This document shows, piece by piece, positions 58,616-64,000 of a stretch of 64,000 bases of DNA. Origin of the DNA: Candidatus Latescibacterota bacterium (GTDB lineage: Bacteria > Latescibacterota > UBA2968); contig OZ242010.1 of the NCBI GenBank assembly GCA_965204745.1, positions 1,536,001 to 1,600,000 on the forward strand, read 5' to 3'. The notes beneath the pieces were generated by a model. It was not told the origin of the DNA. It saw nothing but the letters and a program-made list of their open reading frames with translations, and did no database searches. Position numbers and translations under genes: made by a program. Each line of letters starts with the position of its first letter. Positions within the stretch are counted from its first letter, which is position 1.

Positions 58616-58780
58616 CGTTCATGTCTTTGGATGATGGGGTGCGGCTTGCTTCTTACTCGCTTTCTACTCTCAATTCGCATTGTCAGTTGACTAATTCTAA
58701 CGAACATAGCGGTGGGGCACGGGCGGGGCGGAAAGGTGAGGCCGCACGGGCGGCAGGGTCGTGGGTAATGCAAAATCGCG

Positions 58781-59095
58781 TCACGCCTCCGCATCCAATG
58801 CGCGCTGAAATTCACCCAGATCAGCGACTTGCACTGCCGAGCGATGCAACTGCTTGAGGCGTTGCAAATCTTCGATGGTCCGAAGGCGACCTGCGACCTG
58901 ATCGGCCACGGCAGGATCAAAGCGAATCTCCAACACGTCGAGAATCGCGTCCATGGTATGTTCCCTACCCCCTCGCTCGATGCCCTGCTCGATGCCCTGC
59001 TCGATGCCCTGCTCAATGCCCTGCTCAATAAACTGTTCCTTGAAGTGCTCCTTGAGGTATTGGGCAAACGATGATTCACGCATAATCGCGTCCAT
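58781..59095 (-). CDS. Predicted internally initiated small Rpn protein (RpnS-like antitoxin, 104 aa)
   Basis: In-frame ATG at 59095 preceded by AGGAGG-GTTTT. Confidence 0.6.
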   Translation of the reverse strand: MDAIMRESSFAQYLKEHFKEQFIEQGIEQGIEQGIEQGIERGGREHTMDAILDVLEIRFDPAVADQVAGRLRTIEDLQRLKQLHRSAVQVADLGEFQRALDAEA

Positions 59096-59734
59096 AAAAC
59101 CCTCCTGAGAAAGAATTCGGTTGATGGTGGTCGGCTCATAAGCCAAACCACTCATGACCGCCAAGCCACCCAAAAAGTCGATCTTGCTTGAATGATCCAA
59201 GGGCATCACATCGGTCTTGCGGATACACTGACGCAACCAAGTCTCTGAATCCACCCCCACAGGAGGTTTCATCAACGGCGCGAAAGGAAGCAAGCCCGCC
59301 TGACCCCCTTCAAGAATGCTTTGCCCATCCATCTCACTCAGCCGAATCACCTTGTATTCCACATAGATGAAATGGCCGGGAAGTTCTTGCGTGTAGCATC
59401 CTGGATCGTGCCGCCCGGCATTGCGCCGCAAGTAGATCACACAGGAATAGACCGGCAGGCCATACTGCGCGATAATGTAACCCATGTAATTGATCATGCG
59501 GCGATTCATCGGGGTGCCCGTGCTGTCGGTGGTTTGAAATTCCGTGTGAACCAAGGCATCCTGACCGTCAATCCGCACGCGAATCAGATTATCGCTTCGG
59601 CGCATTTCAACGGTGGGTTGTTCGGTTTCGAGCAGACCGTCAACTTCCACGTCAACTCGTCCGAGAATGAATTGGACAAGGTCGTCTGGATAGTTTTGAA
59701 TCAGGTGTTTGGAAATTGTATCGTACTCGGCCAT
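58781..59734 (-). CDS. Rpn/YhgA-like PD-(D/E)xK nuclease family protein
   Basis: YDTISK, RSDNL, HTEFQT, MNRRMINY, VIYL, LLPFAPL, (EQGI)n, C-terminal helical tail. Confidence 0.85.
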   Translation of the reverse strand: MAEYDTISKHLIQNYPDDLVQFILGRVDVEVDGLLETEQPTVEMRRSDNLIRVRIDGQDALVHTEFQTTDSTGTPMNRRMINYMGYIIAQYGLPVYSCVIYLRRNAGRHDPGCYTQELPGHFIYVEYKVIRLSEMDGQSILEGGQAGLLPFAPLMKPPVGVDSETWLRQCIRKTDVMPLDHSSKIDFLGGLAVMSGLAYEPTTINRILSQEGFMDAIMRESSFAQYLKEHFKEQFIEQGIEQGIEQGIEQGIERGGREHTMDAILDVLEIRFDPAVADQVAGRLRTIEDLQRLKQLHRSAVQVADLGEFQRALDAEA

Positions 59735-60022
59735 GTGAATCCCCTTCAATAAAGTCATCCCCATTCGATTTCAAAGCGAATGAAAAAAATAAAGAATCAC
59801 GCTATTGTTTGTCAAGGGGTAAAATGACGATGGGATCGGTGGTCAAGCGAGAAGGACAGGCACGGGGCCCTATCCCTACGGATGATGAGGCGGGGGATGC
59901 GAAGGAGATAGCGGAGTGGGAACGATGAAGCGGCGGTAGGGCGGTGGGTGGATCTCACCTCTTACTTCTTGCCTCTTACTTGGGGGTAGGGCTTGCGGTG
60001 GGGCGGCGAGGATGCGTACGCC

Positions 60023-60310
60023 CTATTCTTCTGCCTTGGCTTTGACGACGCGCTCGAGTTTGTGGATGTCGCGCCAGAGTACGCGAATCCTGCCTTGCGT
60101 CTCTGTGGTGACGACGATTTCTCCTGCGGTTGACCGCAATGCGATGCCTTGAAATGTCGCGCCGTCTTTGGTCTCTATACGCACGGAATCGCCAGTGGTG
60201 ATTTGTTCGGGGGAATGCACCACTTCGTAAAAAAAATAAGAAGAGGGCGAGGTGGTCTCGCAACCACACAGACACAGGCTCAAGACCGCGAATGCGAGCA
60301 ATTGGTTCAT
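60023..60310 (-). CDS. Small lipoprotein
   Basis: Lipobox LCGC after a hydrophobic stretch; GAGG RBS. Confidence 0.7.
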   Translation of the reverse strand: MNQLLAFAVLSLCLCGCETTSPSSYFFYEVVHSPEQITTGDSVRIETKDGATFQGIALRSTAGEIVVTTETQGRIRVLWRDIHKLERVVKAKAEE

Positions 60311-61194
60311 GGCATCCTCACCGGTTCTGCGGAAAAAACCCGCCACTGCTCCACAGGTCGAAATTTTTGTTTGAACTGACGCAGGCCCGAGAGGCCCAAG
60401 TCGCCGGCGTCATTGACGCGGCGATACGCAGACAACGCGCCATAGACCCGCCAGCGCAAAAAATACGAGAGGTCGGGCAAATCGGGATTGGCTTTGGCGA
60501 CGAAAAAGTGCGCCAGATCGGGTTGCATAGCGCCCGTTAGTGCGAACGCTTGAACCCGGCCATCGAGTTCCACGCACCATCCCCGCAACATCTCTTTTGA
60601 CCAATGGTGAAACTGATCGAGGGCGGCTTGCGTATATCCCCAGTCCAACAAAAAGGGGTGCCGCCTGCCTTGCCGTCGCCGCCAGTATTTTAGGAGGGCG
60701 ATGCAATGCGGTATATCGCGGGCATTGAGGGCGCGAAAGCGCGATAGATGGTTGCGTTCAAACCGGCGCACGCGCTTGCGAACATCTCGAAACGGGCGGC
60801 CTTTGACCGAAGCGATTTGAGACGGGTCGTAAATATATTCGGCGTCTTTGTCGCGCAGTGCAAAGCATTGGGGGTCCAACAACTGGGCGTCGCGGGCATC
60901 TAGCCACAAAATTCTCGGCAGGCGGCCCCGTTGCTGCGCTGCCAATTTTTGTACGACCCGATTCAACCCATCGGCATCAAAGGGAATGGGCGGCGCGAGC
61001 AAGTCGGTCCCGGTTGGACGTTGCACGAACAACCACGCACATCCCGCCATTTCACCGACGCGCACGATCCGGTTGGGCGCGAGGCTAAACGCACAGAGAA
61101 AGGGCGGGAAATAGCACCACGCCCGTTTGTCGGCGTGCAAAAACACATCGCGCAAGTACCCGCCGTGCGCTGGCTCAATAGGTTGTCCGATCAC
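60307..61194 (-). CDS. DUF2156 / aminoacyl-transferase GNAT-like protein
   Basis: EYIYD...KG...KR, KAN, VNDAGDLGLSGLRQFKQKFRP. Confidence 0.75.
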   Translation of the reverse strand: MIGQPIEPAHGGYLRDVFLHADKRAWCYFPPFLCAFSLAPNRIVRVGEMAGCAWLFVQRPTGTDLLAPPIPFDADGLNRVVQKLAAQQRGRLPRILWLDARDAQLLDPQCFALRDKDAEYIYDPSQIASVKGRPFRDVRKRVRRFERNHLSRFRALNARDIPHCIALLKYWRRRQGRRHPFLLDWGYTQAALDQFHHWSKEMLRGWCVELDGRVQAFALTGAMQPDLAHFFVAKANPDLPDLSYFLRWRVYGALSAYRRVNDAGDLGLSGLRQFKQKFRPVEQWRVFSAEPVRMP

Positions 61195-62239
61195 TTTGTC
61201 GCTGCCTTTTGCAATCCGCTGTGTACAGGGCGCCGTGGTACGGGCCGGTCACGAGCGGCTGTGGCTTCCCGGTGGCGATGAGGTGGATCATCTGACTGAC
61301 CCCGCCCAACACTTGCGCGCCCACGTATTCGTTAAATTCCGGTACGATTTCCACGGGCGCGAAGCCCATCTGGATCAACGAGGCCATGGCCTGGGCGGTT
61401 TCAGCGGGCGAGCGGCGGCCAAAGCTGACAAACCCCTGTTTGCCCACTTCGGGCGCGAGTGCGGTGGCCCCGCGCGAGACGAACAATGCCAGACCGGGCA
61501 AGGTATAGGGCGGGTCCGTAACGAACCCGTCCATTTGCCCGCACAAGGTCGCTGGCAGGTCTTCGCGCAAATCGCGTGCGATCACCGTGATGGGCAACCC
61601 CTCGCGTTTCTCGACCGCATTGAGAAACGCGATGAGCCGCTGGTCGCATTCTAGCACCACCACTTGCCCGAGTGCGATTTCCAAATGTTGCGCGAGCAAG
61701 CCCACGCCCACCGAGGTCAGGTCGTCGTCGCCGAGGATGAGCAGGTTTCGGCCTTCGAGGGCGTCGTGTTCGTACAAGTACACGGCGCGTTTGAGGACCG
61801 TTTCGGGCGTTGCGTGGGACTGATCCAGTTTGACGTTGACCTTGGGGCGGCTCGCGGCGATCTCTGCGAGGCGTTCGCGCACGTCGTCCAAAATTGCGGG
61901 CGTGGGGGGCGCGCTTGGCCGCGCAAAGCGTTTGCGGCACGAAATCCCCAGTGCGGATTGGACGACGCCGAGGCCCTCGTCGCTGAGGGAGACCCCGCCG
62001 CGGCGCGTCAAAATCCCTCGTTTTTCCAGTTCGCCCCGCACGGCAGCGACCACGGGAACGGGCAGGCCCACCTGCTGCGCGATGTTGCGAATGGGAATTT
62101 GTTGGGCCACGAAGACCGTTCGCAAAATGCGGCGCACGCCCTCGGCGCCTTCGGCCAAGCGCGCGTGGGTTGCCACGTCGCGCAGCAACGCGCTGCTGTC
62201 GATAGAAGCAGTTGGCTTACGCCGTTTCGGAATCCGCAT
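61175..62239 (-). CDS. bpsA: Branched-chain polyamine synthase-like protein (N4-bis(aminopropyl)spermidine synthase) with N-terminal wHTH
   Basis: LDQSHATPET, LGDDDLTS, DLRE, TDPPYT, FVSRG, FNEY. Confidence 0.8.
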   Translation of the reverse strand: MRIPKRRKPTASIDSSALLRDVATHARLAEGAEGVRRILRTVFVAQQIPIRNIAQQVGLPVPVVAAVRGELEKRGILTRRGGVSLSDEGLGVVQSALGISCRKRFARPSAPPTPAILDDVRERLAEIAASRPKVNVKLDQSHATPETVLKRAVYLYEHDALEGRNLLILGDDDLTSVGVGLLAQHLEIALGQVVVLECDQRLIAFLNAVEKREGLPITVIARDLREDLPATLCGQMDGFVTDPPYTLPGLALFVSRGATALAPEVGKQGFVSFGRRSPAETAQAMASLIQMGFAPVEIVPEFNEYVGAQVLGGVSQMIHLIATGKPQPLVTGPYHGALYTADCKRQRQSDRTTY

Positions 62240-63311
62240 GATGGCCGGCCTCCTCTTCTTCGGGTTCTTCTTCATCGTTCCATTCGAGCAGATTTGCATT
62301 GTCTTTGCGATGCCGCAACGCCACGTACATCAAACACAATCCCGAAGCGTAAGTCGCTTGCACATAAGATATGACGATCCCGGTCACCAAGACGAGCATC
62401 ACCCCCAAAATACCCCCACTCCAGACCTCTGCGCCCGACGGCGTGCCCAGCGCGGGCAAACTGGCGAGCCACAGATCCCATTTTGCGGGTTGGAACAAGA
62501 GATAGTGCGATGCCTCGGAAAAGAGATGGGTCAATTTGACGCCCATAAACAAACCGCACGCCCAAATGATGAGGCCAATCGCGGCCATGGTCAACGCGCC
62601 CATCAGCATCAGGCCAACCCACGCGGAAACAACTGTCCACACCAAGTACAAAACCAATCGCCACGGTTGCGACCACGTCAGGGAAAAGGACTGGATCACG
62701 ACCTCTAAGGTGTCATCCTCCACCGTGCCCACCATCGCTGGGGACAGGATGGACGCGACGACGAAGACCACGCCTGTGAACACGGTCAACAAGGCCGCGA
62801 AGAAGATGGGGATGAAGCACAGCGCGAAGGCCAGTTCCCCCAACGCGGGAATCCACCCGGCGATCCATCCGATGACCATGCCGCCAATGACGACCATGGC
62901 AAAGAGGAAAAGCAGGGTTAGCGGGCCAAACAGCACGGCTTTCCAGTTCGCTTTTGCGAATTGCCATGCATCGCTGCCCGAATAAAAGTCGTCTCCGCGC
63001 AGGTGCTGAAAAGTGATTTTGCACATCATGCTGGTCGTGACAAAGACCACGCCCAAGGCGAACAGCAGGCCCGCGATGTGCAACACTGCGCCCAACAGGT
63101 CAAAGTCGCCGGCTGTCGCGCCGGGAAACAAGCCGTAGCGTTGCCACACCGCGCCGATAGATGCGCCCGTGCGGAGATGCGCGATGAGCAGCAAGACAGC
63201 GTACCCCGCCCAAGCCGCGATCAGTCCCAGCAGTCCAATCCAGATTTTCTTTCCAGACCACCCCAGTCGCACGCAGCGAAACAGGTCTCGAATGTCGAAA
63301 TGTAGAGTCAT
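62217..63311 (-). CDS. Multi-pass membrane protein of unknown function
   Basis: About seven hydrophobic segments; acidic tail; AAGGAG RBS. Confidence 0.75.
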   Translation of the reverse strand: MTLHFDIRDLFRCVRLGWSGKKIWIGLLGLIAAWAGYAVLLLIAHLRTGASIGAVWQRYGLFPGATAGDFDLLGAVLHIAGLLFALGVVFVTTSMMCKITFQHLRGDDFYSGSDAWQFAKANWKAVLFGPLTLLFLFAMVVIGGMVIGWIAGWIPALGELAFALCFIPIFFAALLTVFTGVVFVVASILSPAMVGTVEDDTLEVVIQSFSLTWSQPWRLVLYLVWTVVSAWVGLMLMGALTMAAIGLIIWACGLFMGVKLTHLFSEASHYLLFQPAKWDLWLASLPALGTPSGAEVWSGGILGVMLVLVTGIVISYVQATYASGLCLMYVALRHRKDNANLLEWNDEEEPEEEEAGHHADSETA

Positions 63312-63326
63312 GAGATGCTCCTTTTT

Positions 63327-63368
63327 AGGTAAGAGGTGAGACGTAAGAGGTAAGAGGTAAGAGGTAAG
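63327..63368. repeat. Heptamer array (AGGTAAG/CTTACCT)n
   Basis: About six units; same family at 25140, 27450, 40352, 46905 and 59955. Confidence 0.85.
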
Positions 63369-64000
63369 ATACTCTCTTAAAAGGTCAAGGGGTTTTCGGG
63401 GTGATTCGATAGAATTTTTCGCCCTCAAAATCTTGGTCATGGCGCAACATGCCCCAGATCGAATGGAGCAACTTTCGCATCACCGCAACGATAGCCTGCA
63501 AAGGTTTCTTGCCGCGGGCGATGAGTTGGTCATAGAAGGCTTTGACATGGCCTTCGTGTCTGATGGCCACCCAGGCAGGCATATAGAGGGCATGGCGGAG
63601 GTACTTATTCCCGGTTTTCGAGATGCGTCTTTGTGGATTGGCGGTTCCGGATTGTTTGGGTTTGGGATCCAGGCCTGCATGTGCGACCCACTGGGGCGGT
63701 TGCATCTCCTCTGGCAAAAGGGTCAACTCGGCCAAGAGCCGCAAGGCACTCGTTTGCGCGATGCCAGGCGTCGAGCAGAGGCGTTGGTAGGCACGCTTGA
63801 GGGGCTCATCGTGCAAAACGAGATCGAGGGCTTGGCTTTCCAAGTATGCAATCCGGCGTTTGAAGTGTCGAATATTCACCTGAATATCGCGTGCGATGAG
63901 ACGTGTGCTGCGGATGTGGTAGCTCTGCGCGTGGTTGCGGCTCTGTTCGCGGATGATCTCCTGCTTGAGTTGGTCAATGCGTCTGGTGAGGGCTTGCAGT
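63367..64000 (-). mobile_element. IS110-family element, right end and 3' part of the transposase (CDS 63385..>64000)
   Basis: STPGIA, AGLDPKPKQSGT, ISKTGNKYLRHALYMPA, AVMRKL; end sequence TTGACC...GAGAGTATCT. Confidence 0.9.

Overview
A GC-rich bacterial chromosomal window. Housekeeping and metabolic genes (serS, tRNA-Met, nfeD-floA, tRNA-Leu, aspC, helD, clpP, glgB, mutY, five sulfatases) alternate with accessory modules: a beta-class DNA methyltransferase with a restriction endonuclease broken by two nonsense codons, TIR-TPR and FRG-TPR proteins, BrnT, a PaREP1-like pair, an orphan HsdS, an orphan Pnkp, an Rpn nuclease with an internal start, a 2215-aa GLUG surface protein, an IS5 and a partial IS110. 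The most unusual signal is non-coding. Many intergenic gaps are built from a few reused repeat modules: TGTCTG-AATCGCGGATT inverted-repeat units, a ~210-240 bp GGACCTA-ended MITE-like element, heptamer arrays and ~30-bp micro-insertions. These modules nest in one another, supply stop codons, sit at a fixed distance from two start codons, bracket gene modules like cassettes, and one array abuts the IS110 end. The gene repertoire suggests an uncultured, possibly sponge-associated lineage (inference only). All calls come from motif recognition by eye; no searches were run.
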